Assembly (NCBI GenBank): GCA_963817385.1
Contig: CAWFOM010000005.1
Coordinates: 352,001-416,000 of the forward strand
Length of the DNA stretch: 64,000 nucleotides
DNA from: an uncultured delta proteobacterium
GTDB taxonomy: Bacteria > Desulfobacterota > Syntrophia > Syntrophales > UBA5619
Reading direction: 5' to 3'
Each line of letters opens with the position of its first letter. Positions within the stretch are counted from its first letter, which is position 1. Made by a program: the position numbers and the translations under genes. This document shows, one piece after another, positions 53,050-62,456 of the stretch. The notes below the pieces were generated by a model. It was not told the origin of the DNA. It saw only the letters and a program-made list of their open reading frames with translations, and searched no databases.

Positions 53050-53330
53050 CAGAAACATGAATACGGCCTCTGATGCCGAAATCAACATCCTCATGACGGC
53101 GGAAAGAATTAACGCACTGGCGTGGAATAAAACAGGTATCAAGAGAGGTGAGTGAAGACTCTGGGATACAGAAAAGACTTCTTGCATCTATCTCCAGGGG
53201 AAAAACTTATAAGATATGAACCAAACGATCGAATTTGAAAAGGATTTAAGAGAAACAATTCAGTGGTTCCAAAATCATTGGTGAGAGCATAATGGGACGG
53301 AATTTCCTCCGGGTATGCCTCCCGATACAA
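53050..53330 (+). pseudogene. C-terminal relic of an NAD-dependent sugar epimerase
   Basis: Fragments in shifting frames: NTASDAEINIL..AERIN...WDT / KRLLASI / YEP / LRETIQWFQNHW / FPPGM. Confidence 0.55.
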
Positions 53331-53401
53331 AGGGAATCGTGGTAAGGAAGTAAGTTTCCGATATTGCACAAGTAATAAAACATAATGAGGTGAAATTCTA
53401 A

Positions 53402-54178
53402 ATGACAATTGATTATCATTCAATTACGGAATCACCAGGTCTCAAAGCCAGTAAAGAGCAACTGGCTCGCTTATATCAACGCTACCATTTTGCCATTAAT
53501 TATGCGTTGGACAGGGATGTCTTGGAGGTAGCTTGCGGAACTGGTATTGGCCTGGGGTATTTGGCGTCTACGGCAAGACATGTTATTGGTGGAGATATTG
53601 ATGAGAAGAACATAACAACAGCAAATGATCTTTATCAGGGAAGTAGAAACATAAGCATATCATTTCTGGATGCGCATAATCTTTGTTATCCAGATCAAAG
53701 CTTTGATTTAGTTTTGCTTTATGAGGCGATATATTATTTACAGAAACCGCAAGAGTTTGTTGCGGAAGCATCGCATATATTGAGAAAAGATGGACATCTA
53801 ATCATCTGTACGGTCAATAAAGATTGGTCTGATTTCCATCCTTCACCATTTACTCATCAATATTTATCTGTACCTGAATTGTTTCATCTATTAGAAGATC
53901 AGTTTAGAAAGATTGATTTCTACGGTGCCTTTCCAACGGTATCCAACGGTTTGTTAGGGTTTGGCGTATCTTTATTAAAACGAACTGCCACACGCTTTCA
54001 TTTGATTCCGGGAAGCCTGTCGGCGCGTGCTTATCTGAAACGAATTTTTTTTGGACCACTGCAACCACTTCCGAAGCAAATTCATCAAGGCATTGCCCCC
54101 TATGAACCCCCAATAAAAATTCCTTTTGATAAGCCGACAGGAGACTATAAGATTATTTATGCTGTAGCAAGAAAGTAA
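53402..54178 (+). CDS. Class I SAM-dependent methyltransferase
   Basis: RYHFA, VLEVACGTG, GGDID and FDLV motifs. Confidence 0.88.
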   Translation: MTIDYHSITESPGLKASKEQLARLYQRYHFAINYALDRDVLEVACGTGIGLGYLASTARHVIGGDIDEKNITTANDLYQGSRNISISFLDAHNLCYPDQSFDLVLLYEAIYYLQKPQEFVAEASHILRKDGHLIICTVNKDWSDFHPSPFTHQYLSVPELFHLLEDQFRKIDFYGAFPTVSNGLLGFGVSLLKRTATRFHLIPGSLSARAYLKRIFFGPLQPLPKQIHQGIAPYEPPIKIPFDKPTGDYKIIYAVARK

Positions 54179-54227
54179 ATGTGAACATTTAGAAAGTATA
54201 AAGTAGCCAGATAACTCTTGAGTAAGA

Positions 54228-54818
54228 ATGAAAAGACTATTTGATTTCGTTTCCTCCCTTTTCGGTCTCTTGATATTATTACCCATTCTTGGTTTCATTT
54301 CATTCAAGATAATATCAGAAGATGGCGGGCCTGTCTTCTACCGGGGTGAACGGGTTGGGCTGCATGGCAAGCCCTTTCGCATTTTCAAGTTCCGAACGAT
54401 GGTTGTGGATGCGGAGAAACTGGGGGCTTCTTCCACGTCGGATGATGATGCGCGTATCACTCGGATTGGAAAGCTTCTGCGAAAGTATAAACTGGATGAA
54501 TTACCGCAGTTGATCAATGTGCTGGTCGGGGACATGAGCTTGGTAGGGCCACGGCCGGAGGTAAAGAAATTCACGGATTTGTATACGGAAGAAGAGAAGG
54601 TGATTCTGACGGTTCGACCGGGAATTACGGATTGGGCCTCCCTATGGAATTCGGATGAAGGGGCGCTCCTGAAGGGCAGCGTTGACCCGGACAAGGACTA
54701 CCTGGAAAAGATCCGGCCGGAGAAGATCCGGTTGCAGTTGAAATATGTGCGGGAACGGTCTTTCTGGACGGATATAAAAATCATTTTTCTAACCCTCAAG
54801 ACAATCATTTTCAAGTAA
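54228..54818 (+). CDS. Initiating phosphoglycosyltransferase (Bac_transf, PglC-like)
   Basis: KRLFD, KFRTM, D.RIT.IG..LRKYKLDELPQL, MSLVGPRP and RPGIT motifs. Confidence 0.94.
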   Translation: MKRLFDFVSSLFGLLILLPILGFISFKIISEDGGPVFYRGERVGLHGKPFRIFKFRTMVVDAEKLGASSTSDDDARITRIGKLLRKYKLDELPQLINVLVGDMSLVGPRPEVKKFTDLYTEEEKVILTVRPGITDWASLWNSDEGALLKGSVDPDKDYLEKIRPEKIRLQLKYVRERSFWTDIKIIFLTLKTIIFK

Positions 54819-54845
54819 TCGATTACACAAACTCCGGAGAAGGTA

Positions 54846-55825
54846 ATGGCTTATCCTGCTGATTTTTCAGAACATCTGTATCGGACTATGCTGCGGATTC
54901 GGCTTTGCGGAAGAGATGTCTCGTGGAACCCATTTTAAATGGTGATGTACGTACCCCCTGCCATCTGTACAGCGGGCAAGAGGCTATCGCGACGGGTCTT
55001 TGCGCCACTCTCATGAAAGACGATTATGTCTTTGGCTGCCATCGTTCACACGGCCATTACCTGGCAAAGGGGGGATCTCTTCAAGCGATGATGGCGGAGA
55101 TCTACTGTAAAGAAACAGGTTGCTCCCGTGGCCGGGGAGGGTCGATGCACCTGATCGATCCGGATGTCGGGATGATGGGATCGGCGCCGATTGTCGCAGG
55201 GACGATCTCTCTGGCGGTTGGGGCTGCCTTGGCCTCTTCCATTCGCAAGGACGGCAGGGTGGCTGTAAGTTTCTTCGGTGATGGGGCCACCGGAGAAGGC
55301 GTTCTTTATGAATCCATCAATTTTGCTGCTCTCAAGAAACTTCCTATCATATTTGCCTGTGAGAACAACCTCTATGCGACGCACATGCCCATACGGGAAT
55401 GTCGAGTCAATCAGCCGATTTACAAGATGGCGGAATCTTTCGGTATGGATTGTCATGTTGTGGACGGCAATGATGTGCTTGAGATCTTCGAGACAAGCAG
55501 AAAGGCTGTTGATGCCTGCCGGAATGGAAACGGACCCGTCTTTATGGAGTTTATGACGTATCGGTTCAGGGGGCATGTGGGTCCGGATGACAACATTCAA
55601 GGTGACCATACGGATATCCGGCCGAAAGAGGAGATAGAGGCATGGCTTCAAAAAGACCCGATTATAAGGTTTGAAAGATATCTCCTCGAACATCAACTCA
55701 TCGATGAGGATAGAATTATGGCCATTCGGGAGGATGTTGCATCTGAGATCAGCGAAGCTCTGAATTACGCAATAAAGAGCCCAAGCCCCCGGAGAGAGGA
55801 TCTGCTGAAATATGTCTTCGCATAG
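54846..55825 (+). CDS. TPP-dependent dehydrogenase E1 alpha-like subunit (frameshift ~54910)
   Basis: HLYSGQEA, HRSHGH, GRGGSMH, GDGA...ENN and YRFRGH motifs. Confidence 0.9.
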
Positions 55826-56796
55826 AAAGCTCCAGTACAGTTTGGCAATCAATGAAGCGCTTCATCAGATGATGGAGCTGGATCCATCTGTGTTTCTCAT
55901 CGGACAAGGGGTCAAGAGTCCCTGGTATGTGGGGAATACGGCCCAGGGTCTGTTGGAGCGGTTTGGGGAAGATCGGGTCATCGATACGCCGGTTTCCGAA
56001 AACGGAATTACGGGCGCGGCCGTGGGTGCAGCCATCGCAGGCATGAAAGCCGTTGTGGTGCATCCCCGGCTGGACTTCATGTTCTTTGCCATGGATCCCA
56101 TCATCAACCAGGCGGCCAACTGGCATTATATGAACGGCGGCAAGGCATCCGTACCAGTCGTCTTCTGGGGTATCATCAATCGGGGCGGTGAACAGGCGGC
56201 CCAGCACTCACAGGCTATCCATGGACTCTTTGCCAATATCCCCGGGCTCAAGGTGGTCATGCCCGCCACGGCTTATGATGCCAAAGGTCTGATGATTGCC
56301 GCCATTCAGGATCCGAATCCTGTGGTCTTTGTGGACGAGCGCTTGTTGTATCGGGTGGAAGACCCCGTTCCCGAAGAGATTTATACGGTGGAGATCGGAA
56401 AAGGATTCATCCGTAAAGAAGGGAAAGATGTTACGCTCATCGCGGTTTCATTGATGGTTCACGAGGCGATGAAGGCGGCTGAAGTACTTGCTGCTCGAGG
56501 GTGTGGATGTGGAGGTCATCGATTTGAGGACCGTCAAACCTCTGGATCGGGAATTGATTTTGAATTCCGTTCGGAAAACCGGAAGGCTAGTCGTTGCCGA
56601 TGTCGGGTGGAAATCCTTCGGTGTCTCTGCGGAGATCGCCGCGTTGGTGGTGGAAAATGCCTTTGATGCTTTGAAGGCGCCCGTTCTTCGGGTCGCCCTG
56701 CCGGATTGCCCGGCGCCGGCCAGCAGAAACCTGGAAGAGGCCTATTATCCGACGGCGGAGGATATCGTTCAGGCGGTTCGAAAAATAGCAAGATAG
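55812..56796 (+). CDS. TPP-dependent dehydrogenase E1 beta-like subunit (frameshift ~56495)
   Basis: DTPVSE, AQHSQ, PGLKVV.P, DAKGL and VIDLRTVKPLD motifs. Confidence 0.9.
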
Positions 56797-56812
56797 GGAG
56801 AAACACGGCATT

Positions 56813-57938
56813 ATGGCAAAAAAGGTGAGATTTGTTGAGCCGGCAAAAGTATATCGGATGATTAAGGATGAGTTGGATGCAGCCTATTTCGAGGTCATGT
56901 CCAAAGGCGATCTGATTGATCGCGGTCAGTTGAAAAGCTTCGAAGAGAATCTGGCGAAATTTGTGGGAACGAAGTATGCGGTGGGTCTCAACAGCGGCTA
57001 TGATGCGCTTCATATTTCTCTGCGGGCGGCGGGCATCGGCCCCGGTGATGAAGTCATCGTGCCGGCCCATACATTCGTGGCTACCTGTTCCGCGGTGGTG
57101 AATGTTGGCGCAAAACCGGTTCTCGTGGATGTGGGGAAGGATTTCAATATCGATTGCGACAAGATCGAGGAGGCCATTACACCCCAAACCAGAGGGATTA
57201 TTCCGGTTCATTTGAGCGGCTATATGGCGGATATGGTCCGGGTCATGGAAATCGCTGAAAAATATAGGCTGGTGGTGGTGGAGGATGCCTGCCAAAGCCT
57301 TGGGGCGAGTATGGCGGATGGCCGGACAGGCGAGAGGAAAATGGCCGGCGCCTGGGGGTTGACGGGCTGCTGGAGCTTCTATCCTTTCAAGATCCTGGGC
57401 GGCTACGGCGATGGCGGCGGCGATTACGACCAATGATCCGGATGTGGCCCTGTTTGCTACGCGGATGCGTTACAACGGCGAGGACCGGGAAACCGGGGAA
57501 TACCACGGCCACGGTTTTACCTGCCTTCTGGACAACATGCAGGCGGCCTTTCTGGATGTGAAGCTTCGCTATCTGCCGCAATGGATTGTGCGGCGCAAAG
57601 CCATCGCGGAGAAATACCGGGCCGCCCTTTCCGATCTTCCGGATCTTCTGTTGCCCCACTATGATGATCCCCGCCGGGATCATGTTTACCAGAATTACAC
57701 CATCCGTGCCAGGCAGGGGAATGATTTCTCCGAGTTCCTGAAGGCCAACGGGGTGGAGGTCCTCACGCAGTTCAGAAAGCCCTACTACAAGCATGAAGCC
57801 CTGAAACTGGAAGACAGGGGCTTCCCGGAAACGGAGGCCCTGAGCCGGGAGGTTTGCTCCCTGCCCATGAATGTGGAGATCGAAGACAGTGAAGTGGATT
57901 ACGTGATTGAGGTGGTGAGGAAGTTTTACGGGAAATGA
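56813..57938 (+). CDS. DegT/DnrJ/EryC1/StrS sugar aminotransferase (frameshift ~57420)
   Basis: NSG.DAL, GDEVIVP, EDACQ and SFYPFKILGGYGDGG motifs. Confidence 0.92.
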
Positions 57939-57941
57939 AAT

Positions 57942-57976
57942 GAGATTGCCGCGGCGCGAAGGCGCCTCGCAATGAC
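57942..57976. repeat. REP-like element GAGATTGCC...CTCGCAATGAC
   Basis: GAGATTGCCGCGGCGC-GAAG-GCGCCTCGCAATGAC imperfect hairpin in a short intergenic gap. Confidence 0.55.
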
Positions 57977-57991
57977 TATGTGGGGAACTTT

Positions 57992-59152
57992 ATGGCTTTA
58001 GAGTTGAGTGCTCGTCATGAATGGGTCATGCAGTCGGAAATCCGGAATATGTCCATCGAATGCGATCGGGTTTGCGGAATCAACCTTTCCCAGGGGGTCT
58101 GCGATACGGAGGTGCCGCTGGTCGTCAGGGCCGGCGCCCGGCAGGCGATGGATGCGGGGATCAACACCTACACCCATTACGCCGGATTGATGGAGCTGCG
58201 CGAGGCGATTGCGGGAAAGCAGAAGCAATTTTACGGTATGGAGGTCGATCCGGAAAATGAGATCATCGTCAGCGGCGGGGCCACCGGTGCTTTTTATTGC
58301 GCCTGTCTGGCGCTGCTGAATCCGGGTGACGAGGTGATTCTGTTCGAGCCGTTCTACGGGTACCATATTCAAACGCTGGTGGCGACACAGGCCGTGCCCG
58401 TTTATGTCCGCATGAAGCTTCCCGGATGGACTTTTTCGCTTGAGGACCTTGAAAAGGTCGTAACCCCACGCACGCGGGGCATCATGATCAACACGCCGGC
58501 CAACCCTTCGGGAAAGGTATTTTCGAGGGACGAGCTCGAACTGCTCGCAGCGTTTGCGAAAAAACACGATCTGTTCGTGTTCACCGATGAGATCTACGAG
58601 CATTTTCTTTACGGCGAATGCCGGCATATTCCTCCGGCGACGCTTCCGGGTATGAAGGAAAGAACCATCACGATTTCGGGTTTGTCCAAGACATTCAGCA
58701 TTACGGGATGGCGTATCGGTTATTGCATCTGCGACGCCCGCTGGACGACGGCGATCGGATTCTTCAGCGATCTCGTCTATGTCTGTGCCCCGGCGCCCCT
58801 GCAATCCGGCGTTGCCAAGGGATTGCGGGAATTGGATCCTGAGTATTACAAAGGGCTTTCCAGGATATATCGGGAGAAGCGGGACAAGATCTGCGACGCC
58901 CTTTCACGGGCGAAACTTCGGCCGAACATTCCGGATGGGGCCTATTACGTCCTGGCCGATATCAGCGGGTTGCCGGGGAAAAACAGCAAAGAACGAGCCA
59001 TGTATCTGCTTCGGAAGACCGGCGTCGCCTGTGTGCCTGGAGAGGCCTTCTACCATGACGACAGCGGGGAAGATCTGGCCCGTTTCTGCTTTGCCAAGGA
59101 TGATCATGTTCTGGATGAGGCATGCCGGCGCATCGAACGACTTGGACGGTAA
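57992..59152 (+). CDS. PLP-dependent aminotransferase class I/II
   Basis: INLSQG, NTPANPSGKV, DEIYE and SKTFSITGWRIG motifs. Confidence 0.92.
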   Translation: MALELSARHEWVMQSEIRNMSIECDRVCGINLSQGVCDTEVPLVVRAGARQAMDAGINTYTHYAGLMELREAIAGKQKQFYGMEVDPENEIIVSGGATGAFYCACLALLNPGDEVILFEPFYGYHIQTLVATQAVPVYVRMKLPGWTFSLEDLEKVVTPRTRGIMINTPANPSGKVFSRDELELLAAFAKKHDLFVFTDEIYEHFLYGECRHIPPATLPGMKERTITISGLSKTFSITGWRIGYCICDARWTTAIGFFSDLVYVCAPAPLQSGVAKGLRELDPEYYKGLSRIYREKRDKICDALSRAKLRPNIPDGAYYVLADISGLPGKNSKERAMYLLRKTGVACVPGEAFYHDDSGEDLARFCFAKDDHVLDEACRRIERLGR

Positions 59153-59161
59153 AGATAGAAA

Positions 59162-61015
59162 ATGATAAATCTCATTAGAAACAGGAATTTCTGGTTGATG
59201 CTCTTGCTTGACATCACCTTGGCGACGTGCGCCTACGGGTTGTCCTATCTGATTCGTTTCGAGGGGGAAATCCCTGCAGAAAATCTCCCTGCACTGAAGA
59301 ATACGATCTTTTGGGTCGTGGCGGTGAAGGTGATGTTCTTCTTTTATTTCAATCTCTACCGCGGGATGTGGCGATACACGAGCCTTGTGGATTTCATGAA
59401 CGTGATCAAGGCCGTGACTGCGTCTTCCATAAGCATTATTTTGATCATTGTCTTCTTTTACAGCTTCCAAGGATTCTCCCGGTCCGTTTTCATTCTCGAC
59501 TTCCTGCTGACGTTGGTCTTCATCGCCGGCATACGTCTGGGAATACGAATCTACCTCTCCCGGAAGCAAACGGCCTTTCTTCCAGTATTCGGGAAAAAGA
59601 ACAGGAAGGCCAAGCGGATGCTGCTGATCGGCGCGGGAAACACCGGGGAGCACATCCTACGGGAGCTGATGGACAACCCGGCGATCCATATGCTTCCCGT
59701 CGGGTTTCTCGACGACGATCGGGGAAAATTGAGCAAGGAGATCCACGGGGTCCCGGTGCTGGGCCGCATCGATCAGATCGAGGAGATCAACGTCGATTAC
59801 GACGAGATCCTGATCTGCGCCCCATCGGCAACCGGCGCCCAGATGCGGAGGATCGTGGAGATCTGCGAACGGTCCGGGAAGCCCTTCAAGACAATGCCGC
59901 CTTTGGGGGAGCTTATCGACGGCCGAGTCTCCCTGAAACTGATCCGCGAGGTGTCGATGACGGACATCATCGGCCGGGAGGAGGTGCGGCTCGACGAGGA
60001 GGAGATCAAGAAATACCTCCTGGGTAAGCGGGTCCTGATCACCGGGGCCGGGGGGTCGATCGGCTCGGAACTCGTCAGGCAGATCAGCCGGTTCAAGCCC
60101 CAGGCGGTGGCGCTGCTCGATTTCAGCGAATACAACCTCTACCAGGTGGAGATGGAGTGCCGGGGGAGATTCAAGGCGATCGGGGTGGAGGCATGCCTGG
60201 CGGACCTCGGCGATCTGCACCCCACCCGCCGGGTATTCGAACATTTCCGGCCCAACGTCGTTTTTCACGCCGCCGCGTACAAGCATGTGCCGATGCAGGA
60301 GCTCAATCCCTGGGAGGCCGTGAACAACAATGTGCTGGCGATGAAAAACGTGATCACCTGTTCGATCGACGCCGGGGTCGATAAATTCGTTCTGGTCTCC
60401 TCGGACAAGGCTGTGCGGCCAACCAACGTCATGGGGGCGACCAAGCGCATCTGCGAACTGATGGCCTCCTGCGGCAACGGGAATTCGAAGACCCGCTTCA
60501 TCTCCGTCCGATTCGGGAACGTCGTCGGCAGTTCCGGATCGGTGATCCCCCTCTTCCAGCAGCAGATCGCCCAGGGGGGCCCGGTGACCGTGACCCATCC
60601 GGAGATCACCCGCTACTTCATGAGCATCCCCGAGGCGGCCCAGTTGATCCTGCAGGCCGGGGCGATGGGAGAGGGGCGCGAGATCTTCATCCTCAAGATG
60701 GGGGAGCCGGTCCGGATCCTGGATCTGGCCAGGGACGTGATCCGATTCAACGGCTTCGAGCCGGAGAAGGACATCGAGATCGTCTTCACGGGCCTGAGGC
60801 CCGGCGAGAAACTCTACGAGGAGCTGATCACCGAGGGCGAAGGGATCGTCCCGACGCGCCACGAGAAGATCATGGTCCTGACCCCCGACCAATGCAGCAG
60901 CCACGATCGGCTGGGCGACCAGATAGACGAGCTGATCCGCATCGCCGACACCTTCGACATCCCCGCCATCAAAGCCAAACTCCAAGAGATCGTCCCCGAA
61001 TACACCCCCCAATAA
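59162..61015 (+). CDS. Membrane-anchored UDP-GlcNAc 4,6-dehydratase (PglF/WbpM/CapD)
   Basis: 4 TM helices; TGAGGSIGSEL, HAAAYKHVP, SDKAVRPTNVMGATK, RFGNV and GLRPGEKLYEEL motifs. Confidence 0.95.
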   Translation: MINLIRNRNFWLMLLLDITLATCAYGLSYLIRFEGEIPAENLPALKNTIFWVVAVKVMFFFYFNLYRGMWRYTSLVDFMNVIKAVTASSISIILIIVFFYSFQGFSRSVFILDFLLTLVFIAGIRLGIRIYLSRKQTAFLPVFGKKNRKAKRMLLIGAGNTGEHILRELMDNPAIHMLPVGFLDDDRGKLSKEIHGVPVLGRIDQIEEINVDYDEILICAPSATGAQMRRIVEICERSGKPFKTMPPLGELIDGRVSLKLIREVSMTDIIGREEVRLDEEEIKKYLLGKRVLITGAGGSIGSELVRQISRFKPQAVALLDFSEYNLYQVEMECRGRFKAIGVEACLADLGDLHPTRRVFEHFRPNVVFHAAAYKHVPMQELNPWEAVNNNVLAMKNVITCSIDAGVDKFVLVSSDKAVRPTNVMGATKRICELMASCGNGNSKTRFISVRFGNVVGSSGSVIPLFQQQIAQGGPVTVTHPEITRYFMSIPEAAQLILQAGAMGEGREIFILKMGEPVRILDLARDVIRFNGFEPEKDIEIVFTGLRPGEKLYEELITEGEGIVPTRHEKIMVLTPDQCSSHDRLGDQIDELIRIADTFDIPAIKAKLQEIVPEYTPQ

Positions 61016-61214
61016 ATAGGGACTTACCTTCCTGAAGGAAGCTGGCAAAAGAGTCGGACGGGCTTTGATTGAGGATTACAAAGAATATCGGTTACAGGTG
61101 ACCCTGCCGGAAAAGAAGTGATCCGGGACGATCATCTTAATTTTCTTTACTTTCGCAACCAAATTGATTATTAGCGCATACTTCAAAATGTTGAAACCAA
61201 CAATAGAGGTTATT

Positions 61215-62321
61215 ATGGAACAAAACGCACAAGAACAAGAAGAAGTGGATTTGATCGAATACCTGAATGTTCTCTGGAAACGACGATGGCTCATCATCGT
61301 TCCCACGGTTCTCCTGGCCCTGATCACCGGCGTTGTCAGCTTCCTTCTGCCTCCCGTTTGGGAAGTCGACGCCGTCATCCAGCCGAGCAAGTTTATTGTC
61401 CAGTCTGATGCAGGGACTTTTACGGAAATCATCGTGGTCGATCCCAAGCAGCTTGCGGGCCAGATCAACCAGCGATCCTATGAACGCCAGATCAACGCAC
61501 AACTGAATCTGGACCCAAGGAAGTTCCCCACGTTAAAGGCTGAAAACCCGAAAGACACAAAGCTGGTGCGGGTGAGCATTCAAACCGGAGAAGCGGAGAA
61601 AGCCAAGGCGATTCTCAATGCGCTTTTCCAGCACATCAAGAGCGACATGGACCGGAAAATCGATGTCGAAATGAAAAGCATCTTCACGCAGATCGTGGCC
61701 AAAGAAAACAACATCAAAACCAAGAACCTCGATATCCAATCAACGGACATCGACATTGAAAAAACTCGTCAGGCGATCGTCTCCGCAGGCAAAAAGCTTA
61801 CCATCTCCGAAGATCGCTCCCGCAGCCTTATCGATGAGATGAAAGGCGTCAAAACCCGAGTCGACCAAATCGAAAAACAACAGAAGACGTTGCTGGCCGA
61901 GAAAAAGGAGGGAGACGACACGCTGGGGCTTCTCTTGTACTCCACCGAGATTCAGCAAAACTACCGATATTATAACACCCTGGAAGACAACCTGAGCAGG
62001 GAAAGAATCGACCAAGAAGACTTAAGGCTTTTCATTCGCGACCAAGAGCAGGAAATCAAGGGCCTCAAGAATCGGATCGAGATGATCAGACAAGAAATCT
62101 CCGGAATCCGTAACGACATTGAGTTGTTAGTGGAAAAGAAGCAACGCATTGACTACACGCAACTGGTGAAAGAACCAACGGTGTCGCTGTATCCGATTTC
62201 TCCCAAGAAGAAGCTGAATGTTGCCATTGCCGGATTCCTGGGGCTCTTTTGTTTCTCGATCCTGGCGCTTTTCCTGGACTCTGTTGAAAAGAGAAATATC
62301 AGGTTAAAAACGGACGCTTGA
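61215..62321 (+). CDS. wzz: Chain-length determinant (polysaccharide co-polymerase)
   Basis: EEVDL..Y...LWKR, two terminal TM helices, long coiled coil, PISPKK. Confidence 0.85.
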   Translation: MEQNAQEQEEVDLIEYLNVLWKRRWLIIVPTVLLALITGVVSFLLPPVWEVDAVIQPSKFIVQSDAGTFTEIIVVDPKQLAGQINQRSYERQINAQLNLDPRKFPTLKAENPKDTKLVRVSIQTGEAEKAKAILNALFQHIKSDMDRKIDVEMKSIFTQIVAKENNIKTKNLDIQSTDIDIEKTRQAIVSAGKKLTISEDRSRSLIDEMKGVKTRVDQIEKQQKTLLAEKKEGDDTLGLLLYSTEIQQNYRYYNTLEDNLSRERIDQEDLRLFIRDQEQEIKGLKNRIEMIRQEISGIRNDIELLVEKKQRIDYTQLVKEPTVSLYPISPKKKLNVAIAGFLGLFCFSILALFLDSVEKRNIRLKTDA

Positions 62322-62456
62322 TCGTGTTCCCCGCAAAACACTTCTAAGTAAGTCGCCTACAACTATTTGAATTTTAAATACAGGCATTTCAGTTTGGAGA
62401 AGGTTCTCCATACCTCCAGCATAGCGGATAAAAGGATTTTTAGTTAGGAAGCTTGT

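Noticed and set aside
54846..56796. Housekeeping pyruvate/acetoin dehydrogenase complex
   Set aside because: No E2 or E3 gene is nearby and the pair is embedded in a glycan operon, so pdhA/pdhB symbols were not assigned.
61016..61140. Possible gene fragment between GGGAC motifs after pglF
   Set aside because: The short peptide (FLKEAGKRVG...) could not be assigned to a family.
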